A DNA stretch of 51,038 nucleotides from Helicobacteraceae bacterium UBA6016 (lineage in GTDB: Bacteria > Campylobacterota > Campylobacteria > Campylobacterales > UBA6016), in the NCBI GenBank assembly GCA_002428055.1, contig DIZY01000119.1:1855-52892 (forward strand), in the 5' to 3' direction. Of the stretch, positions 44,328 through 51,038 are shown piece by piece; positions within the stretch are counted from its first letter, which is position 1, and every line of letters begins with the position of its first letter. The position numbers and the translations under genes were made by a program. The notes under the pieces were generated by a model. That model ran no database searches. It was given only the letters and a program-made list of their open reading frames with translations, and had not been told where the DNA came from.

Positions 44328-46354
44328 TTACGGCGCCATACAACTTTGTACCGCTAAACAAAGAGGTCTTTTATCCAGAGTGGAGCGAACAGGTGAGCCA
44401 TGATACTCCGTTTGAGGATGGGGAGAGCGGGATGCTGGAGATAGAAATAGAAGCCGTATCACCAATCTTTATAAAGGATTCAAAAAATAAAGAAGAGTTT
44501 TGTAATCACGAAGGGGCATATTATATTCCAGGCAGTAGCGTTAAGGGTGTTATTCGAAATGTATTAGAAATTATGAGTTTTTCAAAAATGAATCCTAGTT
44601 TGGTGGATGATAAAACTTACGCCGTGAGAGATCTGAGAAACCAAAAATTATATATGAACAAGATGCGCCCACAGAATCTATTTTGCGGTTGGCTTAAAAA
44701 ATCCAGAGATGGTTATATAATAGAAGATTGCGGAGTGCCGGGGAGAATCAGTCAAGACGAGATAAGTAAAGAATTTGCTTCTAAATTTAAACATCAAAAT
44801 TTTAAAAATAAACCTGAGTTTAAAACTGCAAAGTACAAATATAGTCTGCTTGAGATGGTAAAGCTAACTCAAAAATTTGATTTTCAACGAGAAGATAAAG
44901 GGAGAAGAGTTTATATAAAAGGCGCTAAAGACGAGGGAACAATTGTGCTCACTGGTCAGGCAAGCGGCAGAAAAGACAATGGCAGGATCGGTGATGCAAA
45001 GATATATGAGTTTATATTTTTCAAATCAAAAAGTGAAATACATGTAGAAAAAGAAGTTGTAGACAACTTCAAGTTTGCCTATTTTGATGAAAGAAAAACA
45101 GAGCCAAAAGAGTCTCCGGATTGGGCGTATTGGAAAAATAAGCTAAAAAAAGGCGAAAAAATACCTGTGTTTTTTCAAAAAGAAAATAATCGGATAAAAC
45201 ATTTTGGATTGTCCTATCTGTACAAGCTGCCATACAGCGGTAGCGTTTACGACGGCATTTACGATATTCATTTTGATGATAGACTTGATTTGGCGCAAAC
45301 TGTTTTTGGGCATACAGAGAAAGAGAGTGCGCTCAAAGGCAGAGTTCAGTTTAGTCATTTTAAAGCCCTGAAAGGCACCACGCCATTGCCCCCTAGAACA
45401 GAGACATTGGGCACGCCAAGGGCTTCGTACTACCCATTTTATGTGCTTCAAGAAGACGGGAATACTTATTCGACCTTTATGGACGAAGATTTTGTGCTAG
45501 CCGGCAGAAAAAGATACCCAATACATAAAAATATGCCAAACGAAACTAAAATCACATACAATCCGCAAAGCTCTACAGGAACATCATTTAGACCACTTAA
45601 ACAAGGTGCAATATTTAAGGGTAAAATCATCTATCACAACCTTAAAAAAGCAGAACTTGGAGCGTTGATTTCAGCTTTTACTTTCCATAATACGCCAAAT
45701 TCATTTCATAATATCGGCATAGCAAAATCACTGGGATATGGTAAATGTAAAATCAAAATTATTTCAAATGTTCAGACTAAAGAATATATGTGCGTATTTG
45801 AGAAAGCAATGAGGACACAATGTTCAGATTGGCTACAATCACCGCAAATCACAGAGCTTTTAACAATGTCAAGCGAACAAAATAACCGCGGCTCTTCAGA
45901 GTTAAAATATATGGAGCTTCCAGACTTTGCAAATGCAAAAAGAGAGACAGAGTATCTAAAACAATATAGCAAGCTCGACGGGATAAACAAAATTATTGCC
46001 AAAAGTATAGTCTCGTCCGAAAGGACTACTGATTCAGACTCTCGCGCTGAAACAAAGTCGGCAGCTGCCCAGGTAGGTAACAAGCCGAACACACAACATC
46101 AAAAACCAAAACCAACAAACGAAACTTGGCAAGATAGAATGATAAGAATGGCAAAGACAAATGCCGCAAACCCAATCGCCGGTATTCTTGCTGATTTGCA
46201 GAACGGACCGCCTGCATACAAGGGTCATGAAAAAGATGTTGCGAATAAACTAAAAGAGCAGATGAAAAAAACAGGAAAATGGCAAGAGGAGCCGCCAAAA
46301 GAAGGCAAACACGATAACTACAAGCTAACGCAAAAAGTTATGAAATATTTATAG
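44324..46354 (+). CDS. cas7: Cas7-insertion RAMP protein (TIGR03986-like) with Lys-rich C-terminal tail
   Basis: N-terminus ITAPYNFVPLNKE and YIPGSSVKGVIRNVLE. A G-rich IGIAKSLGYGKCKI loop lies near aa 480. About 130 further residues are polar, Lys-rich and helical. Confidence 0.75.
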   Translation: MITAPYNFVPLNKEVFYPEWSEQVSHDTPFEDGESGMLEIEIEAVSPIFIKDSKNKEEFCNHEGAYYIPGSSVKGVIRNVLEIMSFSKMNPSLVDDKTYAVRDLRNQKLYMNKMRPQNLFCGWLKKSRDGYIIEDCGVPGRISQDEISKEFASKFKHQNFKNKPEFKTAKYKYSLLEMVKLTQKFDFQREDKGRRVYIKGAKDEGTIVLTGQASGRKDNGRIGDAKIYEFIFFKSKSEIHVEKEVVDNFKFAYFDERKTEPKESPDWAYWKNKLKKGEKIPVFFQKENNRIKHFGLSYLYKLPYSGSVYDGIYDIHFDDRLDLAQTVFGHTEKESALKGRVQFSHFKALKGTTPLPPRTETLGTPRASYYPFYVLQEDGNTYSTFMDEDFVLAGRKRYPIHKNMPNETKITYNPQSSTGTSFRPLKQGAIFKGKIIYHNLKKAELGALISAFTFHNTPNSFHNIGIAKSLGYGKCKIKIISNVQTKEYMCVFEKAMRTQCSDWLQSPQITELLTMSSEQNNRGSSELKYMELPDFANAKRETEYLKQYSKLDGINKIIAKSIVSSERTTDSDSRAETKSAAAQVGNKPNTQHQKPKPTNETWQDRMIRMAKTNAANPIAGILADLQNGPPAYKGHEKDVANKLKEQMKKTGKWQEEPPKEGKHDNYKLTQKVMKYL

Positions 46355-46366
46355 TGGGAATTTAAT

Positions 46367-46984
46367 ATGGAGCAGCTATTTTTACAATGGATAAATGATC
46401 CAACCGGTGCGGTCTATGAGATTTTTAATAAGATAGTTCCTTTTGCGCTTGTGGCTATTGGTGGTTATTTTTGGGCGAGATTTAAGTTTAGGGCTAGTCA
46501 TGTGTGGCACAAGATCAAAAATGCGAATATCAACTATGACGGAGGGGCTTACAACGGTCTCATCCTAAGCCTTGGCAGTTCAAATGAGCTTCAAAAAATG
46601 ATTATTGACCAAGTAAAGCCGGAATTTGTCGGCATTATCACTGGTAATTCAGAGGCCGTGAAGCTCAGCGCTAATGACCTAAAAGATTATTCGACTCATC
46701 TCAAAATTCAGTGTGATGAGCCTCATTTTTACGCAGAGTTAGACATTGAACGGATAGAAAAAGGGTTTGATGATGTTATAGAATGGATGCTTGGCAAGGG
46801 TATCGAAAAGAAAAATATCGTTATAGACCTAACCGGCGGCAAAACCCCATTTTCGCTAGCGGCATTCAATAGCGCTAAAAGAAACGGTGTTTTTGCGGTT
46901 TATACGGATAGCGAATACGAACTCAATAAACCAAAAGCCGGAAGCCAAAAATCTATTCTGTTGACAAGGGCCGCCAATGATTAG
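46367..46984 (+). CDS. membrane-anchored CARF-only protein (Cam1-like architecture)
   Basis: 205 aa. One TM helix, IVPFALVAIGGYFWARF (aa ~23-39), is followed by a Rossmann-like domain with GLILSLGSS and the CARF motif IVIDLTGGKTPFSLAAF. No other effector domain. Confidence 0.6.
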   Translation: MEQLFLQWINDPTGAVYEIFNKIVPFALVAIGGYFWARFKFRASHVWHKIKNANINYDGGAYNGLILSLGSSNELQKMIIDQVKPEFVGIITGNSEAVKLSANDLKDYSTHLKIQCDEPHFYAELDIERIEKGFDDVIEWMLGKGIEKKNIVIDLTGGKTPFSLAAFNSAKRNGVFAVYTDSEYELNKPKAGSQKSILLTRAAND

Positions 46985-47276
46985 CTTCTCAACCTCAAGC
47001 CTAGAGCAACACTCCGCCACCCTCATCACATTTGAAGTAGAAGGTGGCGTGACGACTCCGGAAGAAGCCTTTGGCGTAGAGCTAGCTCAAATTCCATTTG
47101 ACAAAGGGGTGATACTCTCCGGGCGTGGTCCCATCTGGCTCTTTGCTCGTCTCATCCACCACTACCACCCTGCCCGCTGGATAGCGGTGCATGACCCCCG
47201 TATCGGCTACATCGTGATACAAAGCCACTGCAAAGAGCGATATGAGGGGGAGGTATTGGTGGAAGTGTTGCTTTGA
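46977..47276 (+). CDS. csx3: Csx3 (cA4 ring nuclease family Crn3)
   Basis: 99 aa. LSGRGPIWLFARLIHHYHPARWIAVHDPRIGYIVIQSH matches the Csx3 signature as I remember it. Overlaps the upstream stop by 8 nt. Confidence 0.75.
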   Translation: MISFSTSSLEQHSATLITFEVEGGVTTPEEAFGVELAQIPFDKGVILSGRGPIWLFARLIHHYHPARWIAVHDPRIGYIVIQSHCKERYEGEVLVEVLL

Positions 47277-47455
47277 TGTGGGACTGTGATTATACCCCCG
47301 AGTTGTCGATATTGCAAAACACAGCCCACTCGTTTTACCTCACGGGCGGCACCGCTTTGGCTAGATTTTATTTCAATCATAGATTTAGCGACGATTTTTT
47401 CCTAGCAAAAGAAAACCCACTTGGTAAAACAAAAACAATAAGGCCAAACACATGA
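47276..47455 (+). pseudogene. N-terminal remnant of an AbiEii/DUF1814-type nucleotidyltransferase
   Basis: FYLTGGTALARFYFNHRFSDDFFL resembles the N-terminal LxGGTAL...HRxSxDxD motif of AbiEii-family nucleotidyltransferases. The ORF ends after ~59 aa. Confidence 0.4.
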
Positions 47456-48594
47456 GACTCCTAACAGTCCTCGGAGCCACAAAGATAGGCTCCAAACAAA
47501 AATACATTTACGACAAAGTGGAGTATGAAGAGTTTTTCTCGTTTTTGGCACTCCAAAAGGCTTTGGGGATTGAGAGCGAGGGTACTGTAGTCATTGGTAC
47601 GCAAAGCACAAGAGAGCTTTTAGAGGGGCATACGGCGGATAATGCAATACTAAAAAACTTTCGACAGGTAGATGACGGTATCGAAATAGACGATTTTTTC
47701 CGTCTCTGTCTGGAGTTAATAGATGCGGATACTTATCTGGATGTCACCCAAGGCTTTAGGCATATGCCGATGACCCTTCTGCTCTCATCCCTCACCGCCG
47801 CAAACTTTGAGCACAAAAACATCAAAGATATTCTCTATGCCAAGACGCTAGACTCATCTTGCCAGCCTTCAACCTCCGTTTGTTCATATGAGTTTTACTC
47901 CATGCTCTCATACCTTGATATGGCATCCATCGCCACCTCCATCGACTCTTTTTGCGCCTCCTACTCCACCCCTGCGCTTAAGGTGACATATCCCAAGTTT
48001 GTTGCATTGTACGCCTCCCTCGACCTGCTCTCAAGACATCTTATGGGCAACAATCTCACATACGCCGTAGAGCTCGCCAAAGCCATCAAGCCTAGACTTG
48101 AGCCGCTCCGTTCATCCCCTCTCTCGCCGCTCTTGCCAAAACTTGAGGGCGAAATTGATTTTTTAATCGGACTTGAGAAAATGAGAGAGCATGAGAGGTT
48201 TTTTGAGGGGGCAAAAAGATATGCCCAAAAAGAGCTACTGCTAAACTCCGTTACCACGCTTTTTGAGGCGGTAACCGCATTTTTGGATTATATCGTCACA
48301 AAAGAGGGGCTCTCTCTCGTCTCGTTTGACTACAAAAGCGGCAGACAAACTATCTGCAAAGAGCAAAAAGACAAATACAAAAGACGAAACTGCCAAAAAA
48401 AGTCCCTCAAAGCCTTTGTTGACAAAACCAAGACTCACACGATAGTAAACGGCGCATTCGTGACCCAGCTAAAAGAGCTAGACAAGATGCGAAACCTCTC
48501 CGCTCACGCCTTTATAGACGAAAAATCATCGATTGACTATGAAGCAAAACTGCGAGAAAAGCTATATTTTTTTGAGAAGTTGATAAATAAATAA
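47452..48594 (+). CDS. csx1: Csx1-type CARF (DxTHG class) - HEPN protein
   Basis: 380 aa. Begins MRLLTVLGAT, has the DxTHG-like motif LDVTQGFRHMPMTL, and a C-terminal HEPN RxxxxH motif, MRNLSAH. Confidence 0.8.
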   Translation: MRLLTVLGATKIGSKQKYIYDKVEYEEFFSFLALQKALGIESEGTVVIGTQSTRELLEGHTADNAILKNFRQVDDGIEIDDFFRLCLELIDADTYLDVTQGFRHMPMTLLLSSLTAANFEHKNIKDILYAKTLDSSCQPSTSVCSYEFYSMLSYLDMASIATSIDSFCASYSTPALKVTYPKFVALYASLDLLSRHLMGNNLTYAVELAKAIKPRLEPLRSSPLSPLLPKLEGEIDFLIGLEKMREHERFFEGAKRYAQKELLLNSVTTLFEAVTAFLDYIVTKEGLSLVSFDYKSGRQTICKEQKDKYKRRNCQKKSLKAFVDKTKTHTIVNGAFVTQLKELDKMRNLSAHAFIDEKSSIDYEAKLREKLYFFEKLINK

Positions 48595-48596
48595 GA

Positions 48597-48710
48597 CTAT
48601 AAATGGCTTTTTATGCGGCTAGACTTCTCCTTTGCTCTGTTGTAGCCCTTTTGCGTTCCATGCGCTCTCACAGTCGGACGAATAGCCCAAAGTATTCTAG
48701 GTTTTTTCAT
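48597..48710 (-). CDS. possible 37-aa basic ORF convergent with csx1
   Basis: ATG 48710 is preceded by GGAGACAATAAA. Translation: MKKPRILWAIRPTVRAHGTQKGYNRAKEKSSRIKSHL. The stop lies 3 nt from the csx1 stop. No homology verified. Confidence 0.25.
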   Translation of the reverse strand: MKKPRILWAIRPTVRAHGTQKGYNRAKEKSSRIKSHL

Positions 48711-48856
48711 TTTATTGTCTCCGTTTTTTTGCGCAATCTTACAAGAATAGATTGGCTTCGCCACTTTTAGGAATTTTTCTAAAAAGGACAAAGACGCTAA
48801 CAAACGACAAAGAGCCGTTTTTGCCGATAGATGCGCTGATAATATGAGCCCCAAAC

Positions 48857-49194
48857 GATTTACGAACTTTTTTGAAAACATGGATGCCTATAAACACGGT
48901 ATTTGTGATTTTCGCCCCGCTTTTAAAACTTCGCAAAAGATATGCTTTTTAGATTTTTCAAATCAATTTACGAACTTTTTATTTTTGTCCATCCCGCCAA
49001 CTCATATTTCATCGGCATCCGCAAAAACCAAAAAACCGCAAAAGTTCGCAAATCAAACCTTGTGCACAAAATCAAAATCAATTTACGAACTTTTTAAAAA
49101 GCAGACATATCGAGAAAATAAGCCCTCATCACCACTAGCCACCCATCAACTCTCAAAATCGGATACAAAAAAAGATATGATTTGCGAACTTTTG
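48857..49194. repeat. six dispersed copies of the motif TTT(A/G)CGAA(C/G)TTTT between csx1 and the CRISPR array
   Basis: Direct copies lie at 48857-48871, 48965-48979, 49079-49095 and 49178-49194. Inverted copies lie at 48925-48938 (1 mismatch) and 49040-49055. Two copies share a 22-nt identical block, AAATCAATTTACGAACTTTTTA. Confidence 0.7.
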
Positions 49195-49272
49195 GACAAA
49201 ACAACGATAAAAGCGGTATTTAAGAGAGTTTTGGTAAAAATAAAACTTCTTTGAAAGCCCATTGTCAAGGCT

Positions 49273-49596
49273 ATTCAACAACCAAGACCCGACTTTAGGG
49301 GATTGAGACTCTTCGGCACCCACGATTTCTGCCTCTTCGAACAATATTCAACAACCAAGACCCGACTTTAGGGGATTGAGACGTTTTGCATCGCATGTTG
49401 CGCACATAGTTTTGTCATTCAACAACCAAGACCCGACTTTAGGGGATTGAGACAACATTTTTTATCCTTTTTTGTTTTTATCTTTTATTCAACAACCAAG
49501 ACCCGACTTTAGGGGATTGAGACCATTTATCTTTTGTGAATGCTCCCATTAACATGTCATTCAACAACCAAGACCCGACTTTAAGGGGAGCGTAGA
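49273..49596 (+). CRISPR. CRISPR array: 5 repeats (37 nt) and 4 spacers (36, 34, 33, 35 nt)
   Basis: The repeat ATTCAACAACCAAGACCCGACTTTAGGGGATTGAGAC starts at 49273, 49346, 49417 and 49487. The copy at 49559 is degenerate in its 3' third. The 3' end ATTGAGAC matches the canonical 8-nt crRNA 5' tag, which sets the + orientation with the leader on the left. Confidence 0.92.
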
Positions 49597-49604
49597 GCGT
49601 TAAT

Positions 49605-49629
49605 AAAAAGCAAACTGCTTTGCTTTTTT
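49605..49629 (+). terminator. intrinsic terminator after the array
   Basis: AAAAAGCAAA-ctgc-TTTGCTTTTT followed by T. It is symmetric, so potentially bidirectional. Confidence 0.55.
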
Positions 49630-49800
49630 AGCTCGTAGCGGCTTGTCGATGTGCGTAGCGCCGACAAGACGAGACCAACCTATGAAGTATTTAGGGGATT
49701 TTGCCGCAATGGCGTTAGCGCCTTTTTTTAGATTTTGATTATGAGGTTTAATCGTTCTAAGCTATAACTTAACAGAACAAGCAGGTGGGGGGGGTATTAG

Positions 49801-50040
49801 ATGCATACTTTAAGACTAAATGTTCAAGATAGCGTATTTGATAAGATTATGAAGTGTTCTCACAAGCCTCTAAACTCAGAAAAAAATATTTGTTGTCATA
49901 TTGCGACAGTATCATCGTCTCCGCTTGACGATTTGGCTAGATGCGACAGAAAAGATAGAGACTTTATCGAACTCTACTTTCGCTTTGGCGCTCCTCCCAA
50001 AATTATTATTTTTAACTACGGTCATAAAAAACTCTTTTGA
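49801..50040 (+). CDS. hypothetical 79-aa ORF (possibly decayed) preceded by a G8 tract
   Basis: The start MHTLRLNVQDSVFDKIM resembles small antitoxin-like proteins of epsilonproteobacteria from memory. The rest is unconvincing. G8 at 49787-49794 lies 6 nt upstream of the ATG. Confidence 0.25.
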   Translation: MHTLRLNVQDSVFDKIMKCSHKPLNSEKNICCHIATVSSSPLDDLARCDRKDRDFIELYFRFGAPPKIIIFNYGHKKLF

Positions 50041-50107
50041 TCAAAGCTCACACTCTCTCATATCTTTGATAAATGGCTGTACATCATTTGTATTAAATAG
50101 TTGCTTT

Positions 50108-50626
50108 TCACTCCAACCACAAAAGAGCATTTGGGTCGTACCCCAAAGAGGGCATTTTGGAGAGTATCTCTTGTTTGTCTTTGGGTGAAATTTCCTTTGT
50201 TCTGGAGAGTATCCAGAAGTATTTTCGAGATGGCTCTCCGACTACGCTATATCTATAATCGTCCGCAAGCATTAAAATCCAATAATCACCGTAAAATGGC
50301 CAAAAAAAGCTAACTTTTAACTTGCTGTTGTCGTCACTAACTATTTTGGCTACACCTTTGGCATCTTTTAGTTTTTGTCCATTTTTATCAAAACAGCTAT
50401 TTAAAACATCTATCTTTTCATCTCTTAGCGTGTACTCAGCGGTTGCGCCCAAGCACCCCTTTTCAAACCAATTTTCATATCTAGCCACTTCATACCATTT
50501 GCCCAAATACTTATCTAGATCCACACCTTTTGCAGTTTCAAGACTAGAATAGTTTTTGTCGGCACAACCTGCGAATAAAAATAGAGAAGATAACAAAAAC
50601 AAAAAACCTCTACCTTTTAAAATCAT
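50108..50626 (-). CDS. blc: outer-membrane lipocalin (Blc family lipoprotein)
   Basis: 172 aa. Lipobox LFAGC, and lipocalin motifs DLDKYLGKWYEVARY and YWILMLADDYRYSVVGEPSRKYFWILSR. Confidence 0.85.
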   Translation of the reverse strand: MILKGRGFLFLLSSLFLFAGCADKNYSSLETAKGVDLDKYLGKWYEVARYENWFEKGCLGATAEYTLRDEKIDVLNSCFDKNGQKLKDAKGVAKIVSDDNSKLKVSFFWPFYGDYWILMLADDYRYSVVGEPSRKYFWILSRTKEISPKDKQEILSKMPSLGYDPNALLWLE

Positions 50627-50636
50627 ATAGCCACTC

Positions 50637-50798
50637 CTAAGCCTCTAAAATCTTTTTTGTCATCATTTGGCGATAGGTAAACATCTGTTTAATATCCCTT
50701 CTTACGAGAGGCAGCAGGCGCTTACCTAGTATTCCTGGTGGTGTCTCAAACTCTATTTTATCACACAGAAGAGTTCTTTTATCGTTTATTTTTTCAAA
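50637..50798 (-). pseudogene. C-terminal remnant of an SRPBCC/cyclase-dehydrase-like gene
   Basis: An open frame without a start codon encodes FEKINDKRTLLCDKIEFETPPGILGKRLLPLVRRDIKQMFTYRQMMTKKILEA. This resembles the C-terminal end of SRPBCC-family proteins. The upstream part is absent or frameshifted. Confidence 0.3.
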
Positions 50799-50851
50799 TT
50801 ATGGCAGTGGAAGTTGAAAAATTGTGCAAGTAATTTTGAGAGCGGTGAAAA

Positions 50852-51038
50852 TTACTGTTTTTTCAATGTCGCTTCCACTTCTATATCTATCTCTATCTCT
50901 ATTTTGCCGTTGTTGCTTTTGCTTGCAAAGTTCAACACCTCTACGCCTATAATCTTGCCACTGCCGTCAAAGTCAATAAGGGCGTTGCCAATCTCTATAG
51001 TCTTTGCGCTTTTTGCGTCGCTAAAGGCTAAATACAAA
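50852..51038 (-). CDS. DUF2283-like small protein (N-terminus may lie beyond the window end)
   Basis: YLAFSDAKSAKTIEIGNALIDFDGSGKIIGVEVLNFASK fits the DUF2283 pattern. The frame is open to the window edge. Confidence 0.55.
   Translation of the reverse strand, partial: LYLAFSDAKSAKTIEIGNALIDFDGSGKIIGVEVLNFASKSNNGKIEIEIDIEVEATLKKQ

Noticed and set aside
48597-48881. 94-aa minus-strand ORF downstream of csx1
   Set aside because: Only the last 37 codons have a ribosome-binding site. The upstream extension runs through the motif-repeat region. I kept the short version at low confidence.
48844-49254. 136-aa plus-strand ORF filling the CRISPR leader
   Set aside because: The sequence is low-complexity and Lys/Phe-rich, it has no ribosome-binding site, and it is built across the repeated 15-nt motif copies. 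It is most likely a chance ORF in AT-rich non-coding leader DNA.
49153-49344. 63-aa minus-strand ORF
   Set aside because: It reads through CRISPR repeat 1 and spacer 1 and is an artefact of the array.
49310-49345. Spacer 1 contains CTTCGGCACC, identical to 10 nt of the tRNA-Leu 3' end / att core
   Set aside because: Only 10 contiguous nt match and the flanks diverge. That is too short to argue the spacer targets att-carrying elements, and it is probably chance.
49454-49486. Spacer 3 shares TTTTTATCTTTT with 34352-34363 upstream of the Rep gene
   Set aside because: This is a 12-nt low-complexity T-rich match, expected by chance in AT-rich DNA. It is not evidence of self-targeting.

Overview
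The window looks like Campylobacterota (epsilonproteobacterial, Sulfurimonas/Sulfurovum-like) chromosome. This rests only on gene content, AT-rich intergenic DNA and protein flavour. Bases 1-29,800 are mostly ordinary core genes: trpB, an HD-GYP phosphodiesterase, a two-component pair, efp, a TolC-MFP-RND efflux operon, a sulfide:quinone-reductase-like flavoprotein, an M3 peptidase, an O-acetylhomoserine sulfhydrylase-like enzyme, ftsK and a giant flgL. This stretch also holds a SiaABCD-like phosphatase/kinase/partner/diguanylate-cyclase module. Its cyclase gene is broken at an A9 run, and a G9 run sits on the ribosome-binding site of siaC. From tRNA-Leu(CAA) at 29,841 to about 50,100 the window is accessory DNA in at least two blocks. 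Block 1 (29,906-35,776) is a fossil integrative element of about 5.9 kb. It is bounded by a direct repeat of the tRNA 3' end and has matching arm-type repeat blocks at both ends. Its maintenance genes are damaged: the P4-type integrase has an internal out-of-frame deletion, the HUH rolling-circle Rep is split by one in-frame TGA, and the AlpA-like gene has no canonical start. Two cargo pairs stay intact: a HipA-like kinase with a DUF3037-like protein, and a ribbon-helix-helix protein translationally coupled to a class III nucleotidyl-cyclase-like protein with no visible effector. Block 2 (about 36,700-49,700) is a type III-D/III-Dv-like CRISPR-Cas locus: cas6, an HD-less GGDD cas10, cas7, csx10 with a Cas11-like tail, a double cas7, csx19 and a cas7-insertion gene. 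It lacks cas1/cas2 and ends in a 4-spacer array. A dense cyclic-oligoadenylate toolkit follows the effector genes: a membrane-anchored CARF protein with Cam1-like architecture, a Csx3 ring nuclease and a Csx1 CARF-HEPN protein. A divergent operon encodes two small membrane proteins plus a CARF-like/winged-helix protein; one of the membrane proteins is an uncalled 59-aa Cys/Asp-rich peptide. My strongest candidates for something undescribed are that divergent membrane/CARF-wHTH operon, the RHH-cyclase pair and the kinase/DUF3037 pair. All family assignments come from motif recognition by eye. No searches were run.
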